Shown: positions 16,215 to 24,477 of the stretch, piece by piece
Position numbering within the stretch: the first letter of the stretch is position 1
Layout: each line of letters begins with the position of its first letter
Assembly (NCBI GenBank): GCA_012514235.1
Contig: JAAZAR010000140.1
Span: 9,414 to 73,413, forward strand
DNA from: Actinomycetota bacterium
GTDB lineage: Bacteria; Actinomycetota; Thermoleophilia; UBA2241
Direction: 5' to 3'
DNA length: 64,000 nt
Program-made: the position numbers and the translations under genes
Notes under the pieces: model-generated
What the model was told of the DNA's origin: nothing
The model's database searches: none
Seen by the model: only the letters and a program-made list of their open reading frames with translations

Positions 16215-17600
16215 GTGGAGACCAGGATCCCGACCCGGATGGGCGACGGCTACATGGTCGAGATGACGCCCAGCGAGCTGCGCGCGGACATCGAGGCCGC
16301 GACGGAGGAGGCGGCCCGCAAGGCGGGCTGCGCGCCGCTCGCCCAGGACGAGCTCGACCACCTGCTGGACATCTATGCCTCGCGTGCGGCGTTCACAGCC
16401 GTCGACATCGGGGACCAGGTGGTCCTCAGCTGCGACGGCGGCGGCAGCAAGATGACGGGCACCGACCTGCTCGATCTTCTCGAGAGCGAGCAGCGGCTGG
16501 GGCAGGACATCCTCGAGCTCTGGCACATCGAGTACAGCTACAAGGCGATCAAGACGATCCTGCCCTTCCAGCAGCAGGTGATGCAGAACGTCCAGCTCAT
16601 GTGCACGGCGCCGGTGCAGTACGGGGCGCAGCCCAACCTGGCCTTCTACAGCAAGCCCGACGGACCGGCGGAGAACTGGTTCGAGCTGCTGCCGCGCGGA
16701 GAGATCGCTGCCGCCCGCGCGGCCATCGAGGAGGCCATGGACCTCGCCACCAAGGACTTCATCTACGTGGGCGAGGGCATGCTGGACACCGGCGCCGACG
16801 GCATGGACTTCGACACCACCGGCGGCGCCGGCGACGCCGACTTCTTCAGCACCCTGCGCGCCGTGAAGCACCTGCGCGGGAAGTACCCCGACGCCGGCAT
16901 CGAGGTCGGGATGGCCGGCGAGTTCGTGATCGGCGTGCACGGGGAGCTGGAGTGGGACGGCCGCCGGCTGGCCGGCCTGTGGCCGGCGGCCCAGGTGCAG
17001 GTCTGCCAGGACGCCGGCGCGACGATCTACGGGCCGGCCGTCAACATCCGCACCGGCAAGAGCTGCGCCTGGAACGCTGCGTACGCGATCACCGTGTGCA
17101 AGCCCGCCATGGAGGTGGCGCGCATCCCCGTGCACCCCAACGTGGGCGAGGGCGTCGGCGGCGTGCCCGTGAACGGGTACCCGCCCGAGGACGCCGCGTC
17201 GCGGGCCGCCAAGGCGCACGTCGACATCCTGAAGTGCGACGGGTTGTAGGTGGGCTCGGGTGACTCCAGAGGCATGGACGTCACCCACGCGCTCGCCGCG
17301 GGCATGGGCGGAGTGCGCACGGCCGGAGACCTGGTCGCGCGCATGCAGATGTCCCGCGGGATGCGCCTCCCGGAGGCCAAGAGCTACGTCGCGGACAGAC
17401 TGGGCTGCACGGTCCGCGACCTCAGCGACAGTTACGCGATGGAGCAGATCCGCGGCGAGAAGGGCCTGGGGCGGATCCTCGACCACTCCAACCTGCACCC
17501 GGGCGAACCGAACGCCATCATGGCCAAGTTCCGGATCGCCGAGCTGCTGGACGTACCGATCAACTCGGTGGAGCGTTTTCGGGCGCTGGCGGGGGTGTAG
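16215..17600 (+). CDS. mtbB: Dimethylamine:corrinoid methyltransferase MtbB homologue. One reading frame with an internal in-frame UAG (candidate pyrrolysine codon) at 17247-17249.
   Basis: Track ORFs 15513..17249 and 17250..17600 share a frame and are separated only by TAG. From GTG 16215 the joined product is 461 aa. It carries MtbB-family motifs on both sides of the UAG (RMGDG, HIEYSYK, FDTTGGAGD, EVGMAGE, LAGLWP, KCDGL-UAG-VGSGD, AGDLVARM, EAKSYVADRLG, PINSVERF). Confidence 0.8.
17247..17249 (+). other. In-frame amber codon (putative Pyl recoding site) inside mtbB
   Basis: ...AAG TGC GAC GGG TTG TAG GTG GGC TCG GGT GAC TCC... The frame stays open for 116 more family-conserved codons. Confidence 0.75.
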
Positions 17601-18102
17601 CGGCCGGCGTGGCAGGCGGCCCTCCGCGCACGATGAGCCACGCCACGAGCGCCGCGGCGAGGCCGATCGGCACCAGGAGGACGGCGACGAGCGTGGTCAG
17701 GTACATGCCCACGCCGGGGTCGAAGAAGCCGATCGAGTCGGCCGCGTCCTGCGCGACGCCGAAGGCGACGACGCCGCACGCGGCCACCAGCACGCCGAGC
17801 AGGATGGAGGACCGGCGCGGCCGGGTGAGCAGCATCGCCAGCCCGGCCGCCAGCACGACGACCGCGACCGCCAGTGCCGGCGTGCCCCACGCGGTGTCCA
17901 GCACGCCGTTCAGCTCGCCGCCCTGCGACAGGCTGAAGTTGACCCAACCCGGGCCGTCGTCGTTCGCCCACGGCAGGAAGACGGCCCCGACCAGGGTGCC
18001 CCCGGCGACGAGCGTGAGGACGGCGTCGCCCGTCCAGTCGCGGCGCAGGCGGCGGGGGTCCCTCAGTCTGTCGGGCCGCTTCATGCCACCAGTATCGCTC
18101 AT
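17560..18102 (-). CDS. Hypothetical multi-pass membrane protein
   Basis: 180 aa with 4 predicted TM helices (AVLTLVAGGTLVGAVFL, ALAVAVVVLAAGLAMLL, ILLGVLVAACGVVAFGV, LTTLVAVLLVPIGLAAALVAWLIV). The 3' end overlaps the mtbB 3' end by 41 nt (convergent). ATG 18084 is an alternative, preceded by GATACT-N6. Confidence 0.55.
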   Translation of the reverse strand: MSDTGGMKRPDRLRDPRRLRRDWTGDAVLTLVAGGTLVGAVFLPWANDDGPGWVNFSLSQGGELNGVLDTAWGTPALAVAVVVLAAGLAMLLTRPRRSSILLGVLVAACGVVAFGVAQDAADSIGFFDPGVGMYLTTLVAVLLVPIGLAAALVAWLIVRGGPPATPAATPPPAPENAPPS

Positions 18103-18185
18103 GCGGCCGCGAGCTTGTACTGTGAGAAGGCCTTGAGGCAGCAGGGAGCGCTGCCGATACGGTGGGCAGCGACCCTGGGAGGCAG

Positions 18186-18572
18186 ATGATGAAGCGGACC
18201 ACGGCTGCGGCGCTGATCGCCCTGCTGGCGCTGGGCGCCGTCGCCGCGCTCGCCGGTTGCGGCCTGCGGGAGCAGGCGGTGGAGAACACCACCGGCAAGA
18301 TCGACGTGGCCAAAGACGCGACCGTCAAGGCGCAGCTGGTGATGATCAAGACCGGCATCGATGCGCAGATCGCGACCACCGGCGCCGCTCCGGCCGACGC
18401 CTCGCAGGCGACCCTCGGCGGTCTGGTCGACCCATGGCCGACCAACCCCTTCACCGGCGAGCCGATGCGCGAGGGTGAGGCTCCCGGCGACTACACGTAC
18501 AGCCCGGGAGCAGGCACGTCGTACACGCTCGTGGTGCATCTCTCCGACGGCACGACGTCCGCCGCCCCATGA
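18186..18572 (+). CDS. Lipoprotein with one pseudopilin-globular-domain-like module (family member P3)
   Basis: GGGAGG upstream and a lipobox, MMKRTTAAALIALLALGAVAALAGC. Helix KAQLVMIKTGIDAQIATTG, then LVDPWPTNPFTGEPMREGEAPGDYTYSPGAGTSYTLVVHLSDG. Confidence 0.8.
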   Translation: MMKRTTAAALIALLALGAVAALAGCGLREQAVENTTGKIDVAKDATVKAQLVMIKTGIDAQIATTGAAPADASQATLGGLVDPWPTNPFTGEPMREGEAPGDYTYSPGAGTSYTLVVHLSDGTTSAAP

Positions 18573-18623
18573 TTTGTGATGGCGACGGGCGGTTGCTACC
18601 CTAGGGCAAAAGGGGGTCGACCA

Positions 18624-19736
18624 GTGCTGGGAAACGCAGGCGGCGGGTGGCGGACCAGGCTCGCGTTGGTGGCGCTCGGCGTCGTGTGTCTGCTCGGCGT
18701 CTCCATCCCGATGGCGATGGGCGCCGATGCCACGCCCACGTACAAGCTCAAGAGCTACCGCAGCCGCGGCTGGGACCGCAGCTTCAAGGCCGACGTGTAC
18801 GAAGAGATGCCCAAGGTGCCGCGCGTGCTCGTCTTCGGCGGCTCGCGCGGCCTCCGCATGGATCCTGCCACCATCAAGAAGGCGACGGGGCTCACCGCCT
18901 TCAACTTCGCGTTCCACAACGGCCGGCCGGAGGACGCCTGGGCCGTCACCGACTGGGTCCTCGACACGCACCCCGACAAGCCCCCGACGGTGATCTGGTG
19001 CATCCAGGCCACGACCCTCGCCGACGTCCCGATGAACCCGGGGCTCATCGTCGACGAGCGTCTCTCGCAGGCGTTCCCGAAGTCGCTCATCAACGCCAAG
19101 ATGAAGTGGGCCATGAAGCAGCCCCAGCGCAACATCCTGTCGGGCCGCCGCTTCGGATACGACGGCATGCTGTGGTGGAACAGCTACGACAAGAAGCGGC
19201 AGCAGGGCCGCACGCTCAAGAGGGCCCTCGACATGTATCTCGACGCGGACATGCTCGCCAAGGCGGGCAACCGCAAGATCCCGGGCAACACCCGCTCCAA
19301 GTCGTACTTCGTCAAGACCATCAGGCTGCTCAACGCCTACAAGATCAGGCCGCTGATCGTGATCATGCCGTACCACCCGCGGGCGCTGAAAGCCTTCCGC
19401 GCGGTGGGCTGGGGCGTGAAGCAGCGGTGGCTCCGCACGTATCTCTCGAAACTGCAGGACCATCTCAACTTCAGGGTGCTCAACTGCGTCAACATCAAGA
19501 CGTTCGGGGGTAATCCCAACGGCTTCTACGACGGGGCGCATCTCACCGCCTCCAACTCGAGGAAGCTCATCCGCTACTGCGTCCGGCGCGCGCCCGGGTG
19601 CTTCAAGGTGCCCAAGGCGCCGACCCCGACGCCGTCACCCAGCGTGAGCGGGTCGCCGGCGCCGGCGCCCGTCGCTCCGCCGGCGTACCAGCCGGTACCG
19701 GAAGACACGAGCACGCAGGCCGACTTCCTCGAGTGA
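18624..19736 (+). CDS. Secreted SGNH/DltD-like hydrolase or acyltransferase-fold protein (tentative), C-terminal Pro-rich tail
   Basis: GTG 18624 with AAAGGGGG 7 nt upstream and signal peptide WRTRLALVALGVVCLLGVSIPMAMGADA. VLVFGGSRG early and FYDGAHLT late resemble the Ser and Asp-x-x-His blocks of SGNH/DltD proteins (inference). Lys-rich and visibly less GC-biased than its neighbours. Confidence 0.65.
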   Translation: MLGNAGGGWRTRLALVALGVVCLLGVSIPMAMGADATPTYKLKSYRSRGWDRSFKADVYEEMPKVPRVLVFGGSRGLRMDPATIKKATGLTAFNFAFHNGRPEDAWAVTDWVLDTHPDKPPTVIWCIQATTLADVPMNPGLIVDERLSQAFPKSLINAKMKWAMKQPQRNILSGRRFGYDGMLWWNSYDKKRQQGRTLKRALDMYLDADMLAKAGNRKIPGNTRSKSYFVKTIRLLNAYKIRPLIVIMPYHPRALKAFRAVGWGVKQRWLRTYLSKLQDHLNFRVLNCVNIKTFGGNPNGFYDGAHLTASNSRKLIRYCVRRAPGCFKVPKAPTPTPSPSVSGSPAPAPVAPPAYQPVPEDTSTQADFLE

Positions 19737-19764
19737 GCCGAGGGGAAGGCGCAGCGGAGGCGCA

Positions 19765-19809
19765 GCGGAGGCGCCCTCCGCGCACCCGGCGCCGCAGCGG
19801 GGCCGGGTG
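19765..19809. terminator. Two adjacent GC hairpins between convergent genes
   Basis: GCGGAGG cgc CCTCCGC (19765-19781) and CACCCGGC...GCCGGGTG (19783-19809). Confidence 0.55.
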
Positions 19810-19814
19810 CCGGC

Positions 19815-21191
19815 TCAGGCGCCGATCAGCTTCTTGACGTAGGTCGCGCGCCTGCTCGGGCGCCCGGTGCGGAGCTCCGCCTCGTCGGCGCTCCCCATCG
19901 CGCGGAGCGCCGCGTTCACGCCGATCCAGCGGAGCGGCTCCGGCTCCCACGGCTTCGAGCGGTGATCCACCCACGGCAGGCTCGTGAGCTCCGTCTCTCG
20001 CCCGAGGATGAGGTCGCGCAGCGTGCGGCCGGCCAAGTTGGTGGTCGAGACGCCGTCTCCCACGTAGGCGCCGGCCCACGCCATGCCGGTGGACCGGTCC
20101 AGCCCGGTCGAGGTGTACCAGTCGCGTGCCGCGGCGATCGCGCCGCCCCAGTGATGGGTCACCCGGACGCCCTCGAGGGTGGGGAAGAGCTCGCCCAGCA
20201 AGGCGCGCAGGTGCTCCCGGACCACCGGGTCGCGCTCGTACTCCTCGCTCAGGCGGGAGCCGTAGTGGTACGGGGCGCCGCGACCGCCGATGGCGATGCG
20301 GTCGTCGGCGGTGCGCATGGCGTAGAAGATGAGGAAGCGGAAGTCGCCGAACACCTCACGGCCGCTCCAGCCGACCTCGTCCCAGAACGATCGCGGCAGC
20401 GGCTCCGTGCCGACCATGAGCGAGTAGATCGGCACGACGGTGCGCTCGAACCCCGGAAGCTCGGGGGTGAACGCCTCGGTGGCGCGGACGACGACCTCCG
20501 CGCGCACGTCGCCCGCGGGCGTCACGGCGAGGTGGGGCGCGATGCCCGTGACGGGGGTGCGCTCGTAGATGGGCACCCCCACCTTCTCGACCACGTCGGC
20601 GAGGCCGCGGGCGAGACGGGCCGGGTCCACGGCGGCGCCGTGCGGCGTGAAGCCGGCCCCGAGGCACCCGGCCACCCTGATGCGCTCGCGCATCTCCGCC
20701 GCCCCGAGCGCCCGGTAGTCGTCCTCGCCGAAGCCCCAGGAGCGCTCGTAGTCCACGGTCTCGCGGAGGCGGAGCAGCTGCACGGGCGTGAGCGCGAGGT
20801 CGAGCTGCCCGCCGAGGTGGAAGCGCGCGTCGATGCCTTCCTCGTCCACGACGCGGGCGATCTCGTACACCGTCTGGTGCAGTGCGCGCTGCTGGTCCTT
20901 CACCGCCTGCCGGCCGTGAGTCCGGGCGGCGAGTTCGCGCGAGCCTGGGAAGGTGGTGTGGCACCAGCCGCCGTTGCGTCCCGACGCTCCGAAGCCGGCG
21001 ATCTCCCGCTCCAGGACCGCGACGCGCAGATGAGGGTCCGCCTTCTTGAGGTAGTAGGCGGTCCACAGTCCCGTGAACCCCGCACCGACGATGGCGACGT
21101 CGACATCGGTCGGACCGGGGAGAGAGGGACGGGGGACGAGCTCGCCGGGGAGGTCGTCGAGCCACATGCTGCGGGCGCGGTAGTCGGTCAT
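19815..21191 (-). CDS. FAD-dependent oxidoreductase (DAO family; gamma-glutamylputrescine-oxidase-like)
   Basis: 458 aa with dinucleotide-binding motif DVAIVGAGFTGLWTAYYL followed by GASGRNGGW. Confidence 0.85.
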   Translation of the reverse strand: MTDYRARSMWLDDLPGELVPRPSLPGPTDVDVAIVGAGFTGLWTAYYLKKADPHLRVAVLEREIAGFGASGRNGGWCHTTFPGSRELAARTHGRQAVKDQQRALHQTVYEIARVVDEEGIDARFHLGGQLDLALTPVQLLRLRETVDYERSWGFGEDDYRALGAAEMRERIRVAGCLGAGFTPHGAAVDPARLARGLADVVEKVGVPIYERTPVTGIAPHLAVTPAGDVRAEVVVRATEAFTPELPGFERTVVPIYSLMVGTEPLPRSFWDEVGWSGREVFGDFRFLIFYAMRTADDRIAIGGRGAPYHYGSRLSEEYERDPVVREHLRALLGELFPTLEGVRVTHHWGGAIAAARDWYTSTGLDRSTGMAWAGAYVGDGVSTTNLAGRTLRDLILGRETELTSLPWVDHRSKPWEPEPLRWIGVNAALRAMGSADEAELRTGRPSRRATYVKKLIGA

Positions 21192-21256
21192 GGCTGGCTC
21201 CTTGGGCGGTGGTGCCGATGGTATCAGCGGCGCCGCCCGCGCGCCCAGGGAATAGG

Positions 21257-22192
21257 TCAGGGCACGAGCACGAGCTTGCCGAGGGCGGGGCGCTCCATCA
21301 CCAGGCGGTGGGCCCGTGGAGCCTCCGCGAGCGGGAGCTCGCGGCCGACCACGGGCCTGACGACGCCGTTGCGCACCGCGGCGTCGACGCCGGCTCGCGC
21401 GGCCTCCAGTTCGTCCGGCCGCGCGTTGGACAGCAGCATCCCCAGGACGGCGCCGTCGGCGTTCATCAGGTCGCGGGCGTCGACCTCGACCGGGCCGCGG
21501 CTGCCCACGACCACGACGCGGCCGCGCGGCGCCAGAGCTTTGAGGTCCGCACCGAGGTTCTCCGTGGCGAGAAGCTCCACGACGAGGTCGAAGCCGCGGC
21601 CACCCGTGAGCTCGACCGCGGCCTCGAGGTGCTGCGGGTCGTGATGATCCAGTACCCGCACGTCGCCCTGTGCGGCCACCAGCTCACCTCCTGCCTGGCT
21701 GCCGGCCGTGCCGGTGACGGCGAGGCCGGCGGCCAGCGCCAGCTGCACGGCTGCGATGCCTACGCCGCCCGAGGCACCGTGGATGAGGACGCGCTCACCC
21801 GCGGTGGCCCTGGCGCGCTGGAACAGAGCCCGGTAGGCCGTGGTGCAGGGGATGCCCAGGGCTGCTCCCTGGGCGTACGAGAGCGTCTCGGGGAGCGGCC
21901 TGACGTCCTCCTCGCGGCACAGCGCGTACTCCGCGTACGTGCCGCTCAGCGAGCCGGTGACGTACACGCGCTCCCCGGTGTCCAGGCGCACGCCGGCGCC
22001 GTCCGCGCCGGGGGTGTACGGCAGTGCCGGCAGCGTCCCGTACAGGCCCGCCCGGACATACGTCTCGACGGGATTGACCCCGGCCGCCTGGATGCGCACG
22101 AGGACCTCGCCCTCCACCGGTTCCGGCCTCGGCAACTCCTCGAGGACGAGGACGTCCGGATCGCCGAACTCGTGGACGCGGACGGCCTGCAC
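21257..22192 (-). CDS. NADPH:quinone oxidoreductase / zeta-crystallin-type medium-chain dehydrogenase
   Basis: 311 aa. MQAVRVHEFGDPDVLVLEELP..P..GEVLVRI.A.GVNP.E, and nucleotide motif HGASGGVGIAAVQLA. Confidence 0.88.
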   Translation of the reverse strand: MQAVRVHEFGDPDVLVLEELPRPEPVEGEVLVRIQAAGVNPVETYVRAGLYGTLPALPYTPGADGAGVRLDTGERVYVTGSLSGTYAEYALCREEDVRPLPETLSYAQGAALGIPCTTAYRALFQRARATAGERVLIHGASGGVGIAAVQLALAAGLAVTGTAGSQAGGELVAAQGDVRVLDHHDPQHLEAAVELTGGRGFDLVVELLATENLGADLKALAPRGRVVVVGSRGPVEVDARDLMNADGAVLGMLLSNARPDELEAARAGVDAAVRNGVVRPVVGRELPLAEAPRAHRLVMERPALGKLVLVP

Positions 22193-22193
22193 G

Positions 22194-23669
22194 CTAGCGC
22201 TCGATGGGGTGGAGAGAGCCGGCGATGCGCGCGAGTTCCTCGCGCGTGAGATCGCCGGCCACGCTGACCGAGACCTTGCCGCCGACCCCTGTCGTGACGT
22301 AGAGGTGGGGCCAGTCGGGCAAACCGAGCACGATCTGCGCCGTCTCGCCGCGCAGGCTGCCCGACCGGATCCGCAGCGGCGTGGTCTCCGTGCGGGCCGC
22401 GGAATCCTCGTCGAAGGGGTCGTCCGACCCTGGCGGGTTCTCGGCCCGCCAGCGGCTGACGACGCAGAAGCGGTCGAAGCCGCGGCGGTAGGTGAGCACG
22501 ACGGTGAGCGACCCGACTTCCACGTCGCGCACGGGGCGATAGGCGCCGAGGAAGGCGCCGTCGACGGCGCCCGTCACCCCGCTCAGGCGGTAGCCACGAG
22601 GCACCCAGCCGGCGGCGTACGGCGTGAAGCTGGTCGTCGCGCGGCCGCCGAGAGCGGCCGCGTCGCGGAGCGTCATGCGGCGGAAGCGCTCGCTCATGGG
22701 GAGCAGCCTGGTGCGCTCGCCCGCGGCGAGCGTGAAGCGGCTGCGCGGGACGTCGCCGCCGACGCGCACGTTCTCGATGCGGGTCCCGCTCACCTCGCCG
22801 TCGGCGCTCCAGTGCTCGACGGCCAGGGGGTAGCCGGACTCGGCGTCGACGACGATGCGCGCGGATCCCTCGGTGCCGCCGCCGGTGAGGGGCTCGGGCA
22901 CCGTGACCGACCAGGCGCGGCGGCCCTCCCACTCCACCGGCGTGACGGGGACGTCCGGATCGAGTTCGGCGATCATGGCGCGTGCGTAGGCCGCAAGGCT
23001 GCGGTCCAGTACCTGGGAGGCTCCCATCCACGGGCTGAAGAACGGGCCGGGATCAGGGAGGTCGCGGGCGACTTCACAGTACAGGACCTCGCCGTCGCGG
23101 AACACGTAGCGCCGGGCGACGCGCCGGGCGGCATCGTAGGTGTAGGTGATGCCCTGGGCGCGCTGCTCGATCCGGTAGTCGCCGCGGGAGGTGAACGTGA
23201 AGGACCCGACGTGGAAGGAGAACGGCCGGCCGCGCGCCGAGCCGTACTCCACGACGTCGCCGCTGATGCTGGTCAGGCTCTCGAGTGCCCGCTCGACATG
23301 CGCGAGGACGGTGTCGGCCGTGGCGGGCGCCGGCGTGGAGCGCTGGACGCCGGGCACGCCGGCCCAGCTGACCGCTACGGCAGCGGCGACTGCCGCGACA
23401 ACGGCGGCGACCGCGGCGAGACGGAGGCCCCGGCGCCGCTGCGGCGGGGCCGGCGGTTGCTGTCGCGAGCCCGTCCGGTGGGCCGGGCCGGGCGGCAGCC
23501 CGTCGGCGCCGGCGAGTTCGCGCATCCGTTCGCGGATACGCTCGAAGTGGTCCGGGCAGTGCGGCGGCACTGGCGATTCGCGCAGCTCGCGGCTGAGATC
23601 CTCGTCCCAGCCGGAGCGCGGAGCGCCTGCGGCGCCGCGCCCGACGTCGTGTCCACCCCGCCCCGTCAC
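22194..23669 (-). CDS. Membrane-spanning anti-sigma factor with LolA-like/DUF4367-like ectodomain
   Basis: The GTG start overlaps the sigma-factor stop (GTGA). Cytoplasmic N-terminus, TM helix LAAVAAVVAAVAAAVAV, and a large extracytoplasmic domain ending ...VSVAGDLTREELARIAGSL. Confidence 0.75.
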   Translation of the reverse strand: MTGRGGHDVGRGAAGAPRSGWDEDLSRELRESPVPPHCPDHFERIRERMRELAGADGLPPGPAHRTGSRQQPPAPPQRRRGLRLAAVAAVVAAVAAAVAVSWAGVPGVQRSTPAPATADTVLAHVERALESLTSISGDVVEYGSARGRPFSFHVGSFTFTSRGDYRIEQRAQGITYTYDAARRVARRYVFRDGEVLYCEVARDLPDPGPFFSPWMGASQVLDRSLAAYARAMIAELDPDVPVTPVEWEGRRAWSVTVPEPLTGGGTEGSARIVVDAESGYPLAVEHWSADGEVSGTRIENVRVGGDVPRSRFTLAAGERTRLLPMSERFRRMTLRDAAALGGRATTSFTPYAAGWVPRGYRLSGVTGAVDGAFLGAYRPVRDVEVGSLTVVLTYRRGFDRFCVVSRWRAENPPGSDDPFDEDSAARTETTPLRIRSGSLRGETAQIVLGLPDWPHLYVTTGVGGKVSVSVAGDLTREELARIAGSLHPIER

Positions 23670-24238
23670 GAGGTCCTCTCCCGGACGAGGGCCGGCTCGC
23701 CGAGCAGCGCGCGCAGGCGGCAGCGGGCGGTGGCGAGGCGGGAGGAGACCGTCCCCTCAGGCACGCCGACCACCTCCGCCGCGGTGCGGTAGTCGTAGCC
23801 GTACTGGTGGACGAGGATGACGAGGACGCGCTGCTCCACGGGCAGGCGGTCCAGCGCATCCTCGAGCTCGGCCCAGCGGGTGACGAGATCGCACGGGTCG
23901 TTGTCGCACGAGAGGTCCGCCAGAGCGTCCTCGCTCGTGAGCACCTGGAAGCGGCGCTCGCGGCGCAGGTAGTCGAGACAGGTGGTGTAGGTGATGCGGT
24001 AGAGCCACGTGCCCACCTCGCTGTCGCCGCGGAAGCCGGTGAGCGACTGGTACGCCTTGATGGCGGCGTCCTGGAGCGCATCGTCCATGAGCACCGGGTC
24101 GCGAAGCACGCGGAAGGCGAGGGCGCGCAGGCGGCTGTCGTAGTGCTTGAGCATCCGGACGAACGCCTCGCCGTCGCCGCGCCGCGCGGCATCCACGGTC
24201 TGTTCGTCGATCTCGCGCTCTGCCGCGTCGTACGTCAC
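23666..24238 (-). CDS. ECF-type RNA polymerase sigma-70 family factor
   Basis: 190 aa. Region 2 (AFRVLRDPVLMDDALQDAAIKAY...F.G.S...TWLYRI..T..LDYLRRE) and region 4 HTH (YGYDYRTAAEVVGVPEGTVSSRLATARCRLR). Confidence 0.9.
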   Translation of the reverse strand: MTYDAAEREIDEQTVDAARRGDGEAFVRMLKHYDSRLRALAFRVLRDPVLMDDALQDAAIKAYQSLTGFRGDSEVGTWLYRITYTTCLDYLRRERRFQVLTSEDALADLSCDNDPCDLVTRWAELEDALDRLPVEQRVLVILVHQYGYDYRTAAEVVGVPEGTVSSRLATARCRLRALLGEPALVRERTS

Positions 24239-24339
24239 TGGCTCGCATCCCGGCCCCCTTTCGCGCGCTGTGGGGCGATCAGTCGATTAGACGCGACGGC
24301 GGGGCCGGTCCGTCACGCCGGCGTTGTCCCTCGCATCCG

Positions 24340-24345
24340 ATTCTA
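24340..24345 (-). promoter_or_regulatory. Candidate -10 element TAGAAT upstream of the ECF sigma operon
   Basis: The minus strand reads gcgctgTAGAATcgg. It lies between the terminator hairpin of the upstream gene and the sigma start, about 100 nt upstream of the start. Confidence 0.35.
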
Positions 24346-24371
24346 CAGCGCGTGAGCCGGGCTGCACTCGC

Positions 24372-24421
24372 GACGATGCCCGGCCGCCGCCCGTCCTTCG
24401 GCGGCGCGGCCGGGCATCGTC
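24372..24421 (-). terminator. Hairpin terminator (16-bp perfect stem) after the gene at 24478..25503
   Basis: GACGATGCCCGGCCGC ...18 nt... GCGGCCGGGCATCGTC. Confidence 0.7.
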
Positions 24422-24477
24422 GGGCGCCGCCTGCGGCTGCGGCCGGGCGGCGCGCCCGGAAGACGGTGCGGCGCGGC

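Noticed and set aside
19748-19771. The tandem GCGCAGCGGAG x2 repeat, and other short direct repeats, considered as CRISPR-like or minisatellite features.
   Set aside because: There are only two 11-nt copies with no spacer architecture. They form part of a terminator hairpin region.
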